In this document: in pieces, positions 1 through 8,372 of the stretch | Layout: each line of letters begins with the position of its first letter | Numbering within the stretch: the first letter of the stretch is position 1 | Translations under genes and position numbers: made by a program | Notes under the pieces: model-generated | The model's input: only the letters and a program-made list of their open reading frames with translations | Told to the model about the DNA's origin: nothing | Database searches by the model: none | Assembly: GCA_038229595.1 (NCBI GenBank) | Contig: JBBROH010000002.1 | Location: 9,214 to 73,213 of the forward strand | Source: Chloroflexia bacterium | GTDB taxonomy: Bacteria > Chloroflexota > Chloroflexia > QHBQ01 | Length of the DNA: 64,000 nucleotides | Direction: 5' to 3'

Positions 1-244
1 ACTCCTCTTTCGCCATGAAGTAGAGCGTCTGCGGCCAGGCTGCCCAGCCGACCAGCGGCGGGTCGATCAGGCTCAGATGGTTGGCAACGATGATGTAGGG
101 GCCATGCTTGGGCAGGTGTTGCTTGCCGCGAACACGCGTCCGCAGGTAGATGCGGAAGGCGAAGGTGAAGATGATCTCGGCGACGATCCGCACCACCGGG
201 TTGATGTTCGCTTGGGGTGTACGTTCTGGCTCGGGCTGGGGCAT
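1..244 (-). CDS. lysophospholipid acyltransferase (PlsC-like 1-acyl-sn-glycerol-3-phosphate acyltransferase), N-terminal part; gene runs off the window start
   Basis: Minus-strand ATG at 242-244. Own translation MPQPEPERTPQANINPVVRIVAEIIFTFAFRIYLRTRVRGKQHLPKHGPYIIVANHLSLIDPPL... carries the NHxxxxD acyltransferase motif. Absent from the ORF track because it is truncated. Sits downstream of cdsA on the same strand. Confidence 0.6.
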   Translation of the reverse strand, partial: MPQPEPERTPQANINPVVRIVAEIIFTFAFRIYLRTRVRGKQHLPKHGPYIIVANHLSLIDPPLVGWAAWPQTLYFMAKEE

Positions 245-255
245 GGTTGGCACCT

Positions 256-1170
256 TCAGAGGATGTGCAGACTGCTGGCGGAGAGGTAGAAGTAGACGAC
301 GACGAGGGCAAAGATGATGCTATCCAGCCGATCCAACAGCCCGCCGTGGCCAGGGATCAGGTGGCTACTATCCTTGACCCCCATCGCCCGCTTGAGCATG
401 GACTCGATCAGGTCGCCGAGTACCGCAGCGGGAGCCAGCACCGCCGCCAGCAGCAAGGCGGCCAGCGGGCTGAGAGTAGGGATCAGCCCGCCGAAGCTGA
501 ACAGAACCGCCACCACAATCGCAGTCAGGATGCCGCCAATCGTACCCTCCCAGGTCTTGCCGGGGCTAATCCAGGGGATCATCTTGTGTTTGCCCCAGCG
601 CGTGCCGCTGAAGTACGCCCCGGTGTCGGCGGAGGCCGTGCAGAGGATGACGAAGGCCAGCCACCAGACGCTATCCAGGTAGACGTACCAGCCCAGGCGC
701 AGCAGCCAGCCAACATAGAGCAGGCAGCCGAGCGTAAGCGCAAGATCGAGCCAGACGCGGCTAACGGCGGCACGATCCAGGCTGGGCGGGGCAACCGATG
801 GTAGGCCCGCCGCAAAGTTGCTGCGCTCCTGCCCTACCTGCCCGCCAGTCCCTTTCCACAAGAGGCTAACCAGCAGTGCGCCGAGCAGGATCGGCAGGGC
901 CAGGCCACGCTGCACCGTGAAGTCAGCGACGATCAGGTTGGGGTGTGTGGTCGCGCTCTCTAGATAAGCATCGAGGACGAGCAGCACCGAGCCGCCGATT
1001 GCCACCCAACGCACCGGCTGGTAGCCGCCCGCCTGGGCCATCGCACAGAACTCGTAGGCGCAGGCCCCGGCGATCAGCAGCAGCACCAACCCAACGTAAG
1101 GCGGTGGCGCACTCAGCACCGCCACCACCACCCCGATCAGCACCAATCCACTAACGATCCGCGTCCGCAT
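256..1170 (-). CDS. cdsA: phosphatidate cytidylyltransferase (CDP-diglyceride synthase)
   Basis: 304-aa polytopic membrane protein with the CdsA signature ...SPGKTWEG... and C-terminal PGHGGLLDRLDS motif. Confidence 0.85.
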   Translation of the reverse strand: MRTRIVSGLVLIGVVVAVLSAPPPYVGLVLLLIAGACAYEFCAMAQAGGYQPVRWVAIGGSVLLVLDAYLESATTHPNLIVADFTVQRGLALPILLGALLVSLLWKGTGGQVGQERSNFAAGLPSVAPPSLDRAAVSRVWLDLALTLGCLLYVGWLLRLGWYVYLDSVWWLAFVILCTASADTGAYFSGTRWGKHKMIPWISPGKTWEGTIGGILTAIVVAVLFSFGGLIPTLSPLAALLLAAVLAPAAVLGDLIESMLKRAMGVKDSSHLIPGHGGLLDRLDSIIFALVVVYFYLSASSLHIL

Positions 1171-1294
1171 CTTGCTACCTCAGCTTCTTTACTCGCTGCG
1201 AAGGCCCGCTCTTGCACCCTCTAACTTGTTGCTATTATACACGCTCCTGTCAACAGCGCCCCACTAACCAGCAGCACCTGGCTATTGCATAGGC

Positions 1295-1303
1295 TGGTAT
1301 AAT
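1295..1303 (+). promoter_or_regulatory. extended -10 promoter element (TGgTATAAT) upstream of plsY
   Basis: ctgGTATAAT about 70 nt upstream of the plsY start. GGAAGGAGG Shine-Dalgarno at about 1353-1361. Confidence 0.3.
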
Positions 1304-1371
1304 AGAGACGTAGCACTGGGTAGCTGGACTGCCCAGGCAGAGACTGATGCTCCCTGGAAGGAGGTTCAAAG

Positions 1372-2043
1372 ATGACCCTCAGCTTTATCCTGCTCATCAT
1401 CGTCGCCTACGTGATCGGCGGCATTCCCAGCGGCCCGCTGGTGGTTGACCGCCGTGGTGTTGACCTGACGACGCGCGGCAGTGGCAAGACGGGCATGACC
1501 AATGTAATGCGGACAGCAGGCTATGGCCCGGCTGCACTTGTCGCGGTGGGCGACATCCTCAAGGGCGTGCTGGCGATCTTCGCCGCCCGCTGGATTATCT
1601 ACAACGTGGGCCAGTTTGAGCCGACGATCAACCTCGGTAGCTTGCAGATCGCCACCGTGCCGCTCGTCGAGTTCATTGCCGCAACGGTGGTGATCGCCGG
1701 TCACGTCTGGTCGATCTGGCTGCGCCTGTTCACTGGCAAGTGGAGCGGCGGGCGGGGGGTGCTGACCGGGGCGGGGGCTGTGCTGGTGGTGATGCCGGTC
1801 GCGGCAGTGGTAGCCACCCTGATCGCAGTGCCGCTGGTGTTGATCTCGCGCTACGTTAGCCTCGGTTCGATCACTGGGGCGGCGATCATTGGCCTGGTGA
1901 TCTTGATCGCGGTCTTGTTGCAGCAGGCCAACTGGCTCTACCTGTTCTTCATCATCCTGCCCATCTTCGTCATTGCCGCCCACAAAGACAATATTGATCG
2001 CCTGCTCAAAGGCACCGAACGACGGCTGGGCGAGAAAGCCTAG
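1372..2043 (+). CDS. plsY: glycerol-3-phosphate acyltransferase PlsY
   Basis: 223-aa membrane protein. MTLSFILLIIVAYVIGGIPSG... RGSGKTGMTNV matches the PlsY GSGNxGxTN-type motif. Divergent from cdsA. Confidence 0.85.
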   Translation: MTLSFILLIIVAYVIGGIPSGPLVVDRRGVDLTTRGSGKTGMTNVMRTAGYGPAALVAVGDILKGVLAIFAARWIIYNVGQFEPTINLGSLQIATVPLVEFIAATVVIAGHVWSIWLRLFTGKWSGGRGVLTGAGAVLVVMPVAAVVATLIAVPLVLISRYVSLGSITGAAIIGLVILIAVLLQQANWLYLFFIILPIFVIAAHKDNIDRLLKGTERRLGEKA

Positions 2044-2066
2044 CTGCCAACCCAGCTATAGGAGAT

Positions 2067-2651
2067 ATGATGAAGCACGAGTATGGTGGAGACGAGCAGA
2101 TCAAGGTGGGCGTGTTGACGGTCAGCGACAGCAGGCATAGCGACCCAAACAACGATGACCTCAGCGGTCAGCAGGCCCAGCGCGAGATCGTGGCGGGGCT
2201 GGCAGGCGCGGTTATCGCCCAGTATGCCGTTGTGCCAGACGAGCAGGCCCAGATCGAGGCGACCCTCATCCGCTGGGCCGACGATCTACAACTTGACCTG
2301 ATCCTCACTACTGGCGGCACCGGCCTGACCGCCCGCGATGTGACCCCCGAAGCAACGCTGGCGGTCGGCCATCGTATTGTTCCCGGCTACGGCGAACTGA
2401 TGCGGGTGGGAACGGCGCAGTACACCATCCTCAGCTATCTTTCGCGCAGCGTGGCGGTGCAGCGCGGTGGCACGTTGATCGTCAACCTGCCCGGCAGCCC
2501 GAACGCGGTGCGCGAGTGCATTGGCGCGATCATGCCGCTGCTGCCGCACAGTGTCAAGCTGATCCACAACGAAGTAGGCCAGCACACGCCTACGCTGGAG
2601 TTAGCGATTAGCTGCTTCGTTCGCGCAGCTTCAGGCTCTGTAGCTTGTTGA
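2067..2651 (+). CDS. molybdenum cofactor biosynthesis protein, MogA/MoaB family
   Basis: 194 aa with the LILTTGGTGLTARDVTPEA signature of the MoCF_biosynth domain. Confidence 0.75.
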   Translation: MMKHEYGGDEQIKVGVLTVSDSRHSDPNNDDLSGQQAQREIVAGLAGAVIAQYAVVPDEQAQIEATLIRWADDLQLDLILTTGGTGLTARDVTPEATLAVGHRIVPGYGELMRVGTAQYTILSYLSRSVAVQRGGTLIVNLPGSPNAVRECIGAIMPLLPHSVKLIHNEVGQHTPTLELAISCFVRAASGSVAC

Positions 2652-3795
2652 CTACGGCGGGCAGTTTGGCGAGAACGTAGTCTATGTCGGCCTCCGTGTT
2701 GCTTGCGCCGAGGCTCAAGCGCAGGCTGCCGACTGCCAGTGCGTCAGGGATGCCCATTGCGCGCAGCACATGGCTGGGTTCGACCGCCCCGCTGGTGCAG
2801 GCCGAGGCCGAGCTAGCCGCGATACCCAGCAGATCGAGGCGCAGCAACAACGTCTCTGCCTCCACGTCGGGCAGGCAGAAGTTGGCGTTGCCAGGCAACC
2901 GCTCCACAGGGTGGCCGTTGAGGATCGCGCCAGGGATGCTGCCCAGCACCCCCCCGATCAGCCGCTCGCGCAAGCCACGCAGACGGGCCGCTTCAGCCTC
3001 CCGCTTCCCCTCAGCGATGGTCAGGGCGGTAGCGAGGCCGACGATCCCAGCCACATTCTCCGTGCCAGCCCGCCGCTTGCTCTCCTGCGAGCCGCCACTC
3101 TGCTGGTAGAGCAGGCGGCTGCCGCCACGCACGTACAGCACGCCCACCCCCTTCGGCCCGTAGAACTTGTGGGCCGAGAGCGCGAGCAAGTCTACCCCCA
3201 GCCGATCTACATCAAGGTCGAGGCTGCCACCCGCCTGCACCGCATCGCTGTGGAACGGCACAGCAGCCCGCTGCGCCACCGCCGCGATCTGCGCGATTGG
3301 GTTGATCGTCCCCACCTCGTTGTTGGCGTACATGATGCTGATCAGCCGCGTGTCGGGCTGGATCGCTGCCGCCACCGCGTCGGGGCTGACCATGCCAAAC
3401 CTGTCTACTGGTAGATATGTCACCTTGAAGCCGCGGTGGGCAAGGTACTCTGCGCTGTGCAACACCGCGTGATGCTCCGCTACGCTGGTGATGATGTGAC
3501 CCACCCCCTGCTGGGCGAGGGCTACACCCTTGAGCGCGAGGTTGTCGCTCTCTGTGCCACCGCTGGTGAAGATCAGCTCCTGCGGACGGCAATGCAGCAC
3601 CGCCGCCACCTGTCGCCGGGCCGCTTCCAGCCCCTCGTGCGCCAGCCGCCCCTCAGCGTGGACGCTGCTGGGGTTGCCATAGCTGGCGTTGAAGTAGGGT
3701 AGCATCGCGGCGATCACCTCAGGGGCGAGGGGCGTGGTCGCGGCGTGGTCAAAGTAGAGGCGGCGTGGGCCGCTGTTAAGCAAAACATCCATCAT
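2608..3795 (-). CDS. cysteine desulfurase (class V aminotransferase, IscS/NifS-like)
   Basis: SGGTESDNLALKG and PLP-lysine motif SAHKFYGPKGVGVLYVR. The ORF-track start at 3951 is probably too long. Internal MMDVLLNSGPRRLYFDHAATTP start at 3795 follows a GGTG-rich RBS. Convergently overlaps the moaB 3' end by 44 nt. Confidence 0.8.
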   Translation of the reverse strand: MMDVLLNSGPRRLYFDHAATTPLAPEVIAAMLPYFNASYGNPSSVHAEGRLAHEGLEAARRQVAAVLHCRPQELIFTSGGTESDNLALKGVALAQQGVGHIITSVAEHHAVLHSAEYLAHRGFKVTYLPVDRFGMVSPDAVAAAIQPDTRLISIMYANNEVGTINPIAQIAAVAQRAAVPFHSDAVQAGGSLDLDVDRLGVDLLALSAHKFYGPKGVGVLYVRGGSRLLYQQSGGSQESKRRAGTENVAGIVGLATALTIAEGKREAEAARLRGLRERLIGGVLGSIPGAILNGHPVERLPGNANFCLPDVEAETLLLRLDLLGIAASSASACTSGAVEPSHVLRAMGIPDALAVGSLRLSLGASNTEADIDYVLAKLPAVVNKLQSLKLRERSS

Positions 3796-3927
3796 TTCAC
3801 CCTGTTCTAGTGCAATGCCTATGGAGATCGGTAGCTGTTTCCTGCTATCATTATAACGACCGCTGCGTGAGAGGTCAATTAGCGTTTCGGCTTGACATTC
3901 TAGCCCTGGCAAACTAAACTTTACCCT

Positions 3928-4806
3928 ATGGAACAAAGCAGCCAAAGCCAACCGCCCATCCTCTCCTACGTGCAGGTGTTTCCTCTGCTACAGGCGAAGC
4001 GGGTTGGCACCACCCACACCACCCTCTCGCTCGACCTCAACCAGACGCGGGTGGCGGTGGAGCTTGACGAGGGGGGGGTTTCGCTACCCGACGGCCAGCA
4101 CCTACCCTGGGACGAAGTGGTAAAGGTGAGCGAGGGCGGGCGCAAGGGCTTCTACAAGTGTTACACCATCGAAGGTGGCACAGCGAGGGAGATCATGATC
4201 TTTAGCGGCCAAACCAACTGGCTACGCACCCTGATCGCTACCGAGGCGGCCCCCACCATGCTGGTCAGCGGCATCGTCATGCACCGCATCAAGGACACCA
4301 ACCCGCTGGAAGACACCCGCCGCAAGGTCAAGACGATAGCCCCCCTCAGTGGCGAAGTGTTGGACACCGCCACTGGCCTGGGCTACACTGCGATTGAGGC
4401 CGCGCGTGGGGCGGTGAGCCGCGTGCTGACCATCGAGCTAGACCCCGCCAGCTTGCAGGTGGCCCGCCTCAACCCCTGGTCGCGGGAGTTGTTCAGCAAC
4501 CCGCGCATCCAACAGATCGTGGGCGACAGTTATGCGGAAGTGCCGAAGCTGGCGGATGACCGCTTCAGCCGCATCATCCACGACCCGCCCACCTTCAGCC
4601 TGGGTGGGGAACTCTACTCTGGCGCGTTCTACAAACAACTATACCGGGTGCTGAAGCGCGGTGGCAAACTCTTTCACTACATTGGCGACCTGGAGAGCAA
4701 CTCTGGCGGGCGGGTGGTACGTGGCGTACTACAACGGCTGCAAGATGCGGGCTTTAAGCAGGTGACGAAGCGGCAGGATGCCTTCGGCCTGACAGCGATC
4801 AAGTAG
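3928..4806 (+). CDS. class I SAM-dependent methyltransferase (possible RNA/N-methylase, DPP motif)
   Basis: 292 aa. LDTATGLGYTAIEAA (motif I) and IIHDPPTFS (motif IV, DPPx) typical of amino-methylating Rossmann MTases. Has an about 100-aa N-terminal extra domain. Confidence 0.55.
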   Translation: MEQSSQSQPPILSYVQVFPLLQAKRVGTTHTTLSLDLNQTRVAVELDEGGVSLPDGQHLPWDEVVKVSEGGRKGFYKCYTIEGGTAREIMIFSGQTNWLRTLIATEAAPTMLVSGIVMHRIKDTNPLEDTRRKVKTIAPLSGEVLDTATGLGYTAIEAARGAVSRVLTIELDPASLQVARLNPWSRELFSNPRIQQIVGDSYAEVPKLADDRFSRIIHDPPTFSLGGELYSGAFYKQLYRVLKRGGKLFHYIGDLESNSGGRVVRGVLQRLQDAGFKQVTKRQDAFGLTAIK

Positions 4807-4808
4807 CA

Positions 4809-5783
4809 ATGCAAGAGCAAACAGCAAGAGCAAACAAGCAGCTAGCCGCAGACCTATCGCTGGTCGGCGTAGTGTTGATCTGGGGCGCAACCTTCATCCT
4901 GATTAAGGACGCGCTAAAGGAGACTGCGCCGCAGCTCTTTCTCAGCGTACGCTTCGCCAGTGCTGCGGCTGCCCTGCTGCTGATCGTGTTGTTCACGGGC
5001 AGGTGGGCTGGCTGGCGGCAACGCGAGTTGGCTGGCGGCCTGCTGATCGGTCTCGCCTACTGGCTGGGCTTCATCTTGCAGACTATCGGCTTGCAGTACA
5101 CCACCGCCAGCAATGCGGGCTTCATTACCGGGCTGTCGGTGGTGCTGGTGCCGCTCTTTGCCTACCTGCTGCTGGGCCAGCGGCCTGGGGTCTGGCCTGT
5201 CGTCGGGGTGGCGGTGGCGGTTGTCGGCCTGGCTCTGCTCAGCGTGCAGGACGGCTTCACGGTGCGGATTGGCGACTGGCTCCAGATTGCTTCGGCAGCC
5301 TGCTTCGCCATGCAGATAGTCCTGGTTAGCCGCTATGCAGCAGGAGCGGACGCTCTGCGGCTGTCGCTGGTAGCGATGACGGTGGCAGGCGCACTTAGCT
5401 TGCTGGGTTCGGCGGCCTTCGAGTTGCCGGTCGGGGCTGGCTGGCTGCTACCGCCGAATGTGATACTGGCGGCGGTCTTTATGGGCCTGGTTGCCAGTGC
5501 GCTGGCGCAGGTGTTGCAGGCAGTAGCACAGCGGGCCACCAGCCCGACGCACGTGGCCCTGATCTTCACCCTTGAGCCAGTCGCAGCGGCAGCCTTCGCC
5601 TGGCTCCTCGGCGGCGAGTTGTTGAGCGGACGGCAACTGTTCGGCTGTGGGCTGATCCTCGGCGGGATGTTGCTGGCCGAGTGCGCCCCCCAGCTAGTCG
5701 GCAGGCTACGAAAGATGAACAAACAGAGCGCAGTTACCCCGCTACCCTCGCTGCCGCTTGGCGACGAGCCGAAGCGCGCATAG
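4809..5783 (+). CDS. EamA/DMT family permease (10 TM, duplicated EamA domains)
   Basis: 324 aa, hydrophobic, two EamA-like halves (LIWGATFIL...). Follows the MTase by 2 nt. Confidence 0.7.
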   Translation: MQEQTARANKQLAADLSLVGVVLIWGATFILIKDALKETAPQLFLSVRFASAAAALLLIVLFTGRWAGWRQRELAGGLLIGLAYWLGFILQTIGLQYTTASNAGFITGLSVVLVPLFAYLLLGQRPGVWPVVGVAVAVVGLALLSVQDGFTVRIGDWLQIASAACFAMQIVLVSRYAAGADALRLSLVAMTVAGALSLLGSAAFELPVGAGWLLPPNVILAAVFMGLVASALAQVLQAVAQRATSPTHVALIFTLEPVAAAAFAWLLGGELLSGRQLFGCGLILGGMLLAECAPQLVGRLRKMNKQSAVTPLPSLPLGDEPKRA

Positions 5784-5799
5784 GAAAACAGGCTATAAA

Positions 5800-7599
5800 A
5801 TGTTCAAGAAGAAGAAGTTCCAGTGCAATATCAGCGAAGCAGCGGCCCAACCAGGTAGCGAGACATCCTCACAGCGGGTTAGCCAGCCTGCCCGCGACCC
5901 CGACGAGGTGCATACCAACCAGACAGTCAACGCGGACGGCAGCACGCCCGACCCGCGTAGTATGCTGGAAGCGATGATCAACAAGGTGGTTCACGCGGCT
6001 GGCAGCCAGGCGGGGATGGTCGCCCTCTACGAGGGGGATCGTCCATTCTACACCGCCAGCGTTGGCCTGGGCGAGGGCGAGGCGCGCAGCCTGGCCGCCA
6101 GCCTCCGCAGTATGCCAGAGTTGCAGGGCGAGGTGGGCGAACAGCAGGCCCAACACACGCTTGGCCTCACCCTCAGCCCAGCGGAGGCGGTCAGCGGCGT
6201 GGCCCGGCTCAAGGGCCACGACCTCCACCTGGTTGCTATCCCCCTACGTGGCGGCGACGGCATGGTGGGCCTGCTCTGCCTGCTCGAACCAGGGGAGGGT
6301 GGCGACCGCGAGGACATCTTCAACCGTCCCGACATCTACCAGATCATCGTAGATCAGGTGGACATTGTAGCCCAGAATACCCGCCTCTTGCAACGTATCC
6401 TCAACGAGAAGCACTGGTTGGAGGAGGTGATCCAGCAGACCAGCGAGGCGATCCTGGTGGTAGACCCGCAGCGGCGCATCATCGGCCTCAATCGCGCCCT
6501 CGAGCGGCTGACTGGCTGGACGGGGCCGCTGGCCTGGGGGCAAGATGCCGAGCAACTCTTTGACTTCCACACCGCAGCCAGCAGCCAGCAGAGTGGCAGC
6601 AACTACTCACCATCATCCAACTTGTTGCAACGGGCTAGCGGGCAGAGCAGCAACCTGCCTGCCATTCGCGGCCAACACATCGGCGACGGCTGGCTAAGTG
6701 AGCAGCTAACCACCACCCTGAATGACAGCAGCTATGCCGCCGTGCAGGAACTTACCCTCCTGGCCCACGACGGGCGGCGCGTGCCGGTGGAAGCCAGTTG
6801 CGGGCTGATCCGCGGCAACGACGGCGCAGTATTGGGTGCTACGCTCACCCTGCACGATATCCGCGCCCGCAAGGAGGCAGAGGCAATGCAGGCTACCTTC
6901 CTCTCGGTCGTCAGCCACGAGTTGCAAACCCCGATTGCGGTGATCAAGGGCTATGCGGGGCTGCTGGGCGACACCATCGGCGAGGAAAACGCGACCGCCC
7001 GCCAGCAGTTGGAGATCGTCAGCCAGGAGAGCGACCGCCTGAGCAAGATGGTGGAGAACTTGATGACCGTCACTCGCCTGCAAGCGGGCAAGCTGGACAT
7101 CAACCGCGAGCCACTCGACCCCTACAGCCTGCTCAACCGGGTCGCCACCCGCCTGCGTGTCCTGGTGGCCGAGCGGCCAGAGCGCAGGCTGACCGTTGCC
7201 CCCTATCCACCAAAGGGCGACGAGGTGGCTGGCGAGGAGCAACTGCCCGTAGTGATCGGCGACGAGCAGCGGATTGAGCAGGTGTTGACCAACCTGGTGG
7301 AGAACTCGCTGAAGTATGGGGCGGGCGAGATCACCCTGGCCGCTGAACGGCGGGGCAGCCACGTCTTGTTCAGCGTCAGCGACGAGGGTGAAGGCGTGCC
7401 AGCGCAGGAGCGGGAGCGCATCTTCACCCCCTTCACCCGCCTGGAGGGGCGCATGGTACGCGAGGCGAAGGGGGTGGGGCTGGGGCTGTACATCGCCCGC
7501 GAGATCATCAACGCCCTCGGCGGTAGCATCTGGGTGGAAGAAGCGGCTGGCGGCGGCGCAAGATTTGCTTTCACCCTACCTGTCAGCAAGGAAGACTGA
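5800..7599 (+). CDS. sensor histidine kinase with GAF and PAS sensory domains
   Basis: HisKA H-box SHELQTPIAVIKGYAGLL. HATPase_c G-boxes (GVGLGLYIAREIINALGGSIWVEE). PAS segment (ILVVDPQRRIIGLNRALERLTGW). Probable start at MFKKKKF (5800) rather than the ORF-track start 5758, which overlaps eamA. Confidence 0.8.
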   Translation: MFKKKKFQCNISEAAAQPGSETSSQRVSQPARDPDEVHTNQTVNADGSTPDPRSMLEAMINKVVHAAGSQAGMVALYEGDRPFYTASVGLGEGEARSLAASLRSMPELQGEVGEQQAQHTLGLTLSPAEAVSGVARLKGHDLHLVAIPLRGGDGMVGLLCLLEPGEGGDREDIFNRPDIYQIIVDQVDIVAQNTRLLQRILNEKHWLEEVIQQTSEAILVVDPQRRIIGLNRALERLTGWTGPLAWGQDAEQLFDFHTAASSQQSGSNYSPSSNLLQRASGQSSNLPAIRGQHIGDGWLSEQLTTTLNDSSYAAVQELTLLAHDGRRVPVEASCGLIRGNDGAVLGATLTLHDIRARKEAEAMQATFLSVVSHELQTPIAVIKGYAGLLGDTIGEENATARQQLEIVSQESDRLSKMVENLMTVTRLQAGKLDINREPLDPYSLLNRVATRLRVLVAERPERRLTVAPYPPKGDEVAGEEQLPVVIGDEQRIEQVLTNLVENSLKYGAGEITLAAERRGSHVLFSVSDEGEGVPAQERERIFTPFTRLEGRMVREAKGVGLGLYIAREIINALGGSIWVEEAAGGGARFAFTLPVSKED

Positions 7600-7649
7600 G
7601 GGTTTGGGCTAACGCCCCGACCCGCTGTCTCACCCGAAGGAGAAAGAAA

Positions 7650-8372
7650 GTGGCCCAGACGATCCTCGTCGTAGACGACGAACCGCACTTGATCAACCTG
7701 CTCACCTCGATCCTGGAACAGGCCGAATATGGGGTGATCACCGCCAGCACTGGCCGCGAGGCGATCACCAAAACCCGCGAGGCGATCCCTGACCTGATCC
7801 TGCTGGATGTGATGATGCCTGGCATGGACGGCTTTGAGACGCTCAAGCAACTGCGGCAGGCGACCAACACGCCAGTGATCATGCTGACAGTGCAGGCCAG
7901 CGAGGCAGACCGGGTGCGCGGCCTTGAACTGGGGGCCGACGACTATGTTGCCAAACCCTTCAGCCACCGCGAACTGCTCAGTCGCATCAAGGCGGCCCTG
8001 CGGCGGGCGGCAATGGCCCCGACAGTGAGCAGCAGCGAGACGGTCAAGATCGATGAGCGGCTGACGATTGACTTCGATAAGCGCGAGGTGATCGTCGCTG
8101 GCAACGAGGTGAAGCTGCGACCCACCGAGTACCGCCTGCTATCGCAATTGGTCAACAATGCTGGGCGGCTGCTGACCCATGAGGCTCTGCTGACCCGCGT
8201 TTGGGGCCGCGAGTACCGCGACGACACGCAGTTGCTGCGCCTCTACATCACCTACCTGCGCCAGAAAATTGAGATCGACCCGGCCCACCCGAAGTACATC
8301 TTCAACGAACGCGGCCTCGGCTACCGCTTTGCCGACTATCGGGCGGAGCAGCAGGCCGCCCAGCCACAATAG
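7650..8372 (+). CDS. OmpR/PhoB-family response regulator (receiver + winged-helix)
   Basis: ILVVDDEPHL...DLILLDVMMPGMDGFE receiver. C-terminal trans_reg_C (RLLTHEALLTRVWG). Immediately downstream of the kinase. Confidence 0.85.
   Translation: MAQTILVVDDEPHLINLLTSILEQAEYGVITASTGREAITKTREAIPDLILLDVMMPGMDGFETLKQLRQATNTPVIMLTVQASEADRVRGLELGADDYVAKPFSHRELLSRIKAALRRAAMAPTVSSSETVKIDERLTIDFDKREVIVAGNEVKLRPTEYRLLSQLVNNAGRLLTHEALLTRVWGREYRDDTQLLRLYITYLRQKIEIDPAHPKYIFNERGLGYRFADYRAEQQAAQPQ

Noticed and set aside
1171-1371. Possible riboswitch or small RNA in the 200-nt cdsA/plsY divergent spacer
   Set aside because: No conserved riboswitch cores are recognisable. The sequence is consistent with two divergent promoters (TGgTATAAT extended -10) and a GGAGG RBS.
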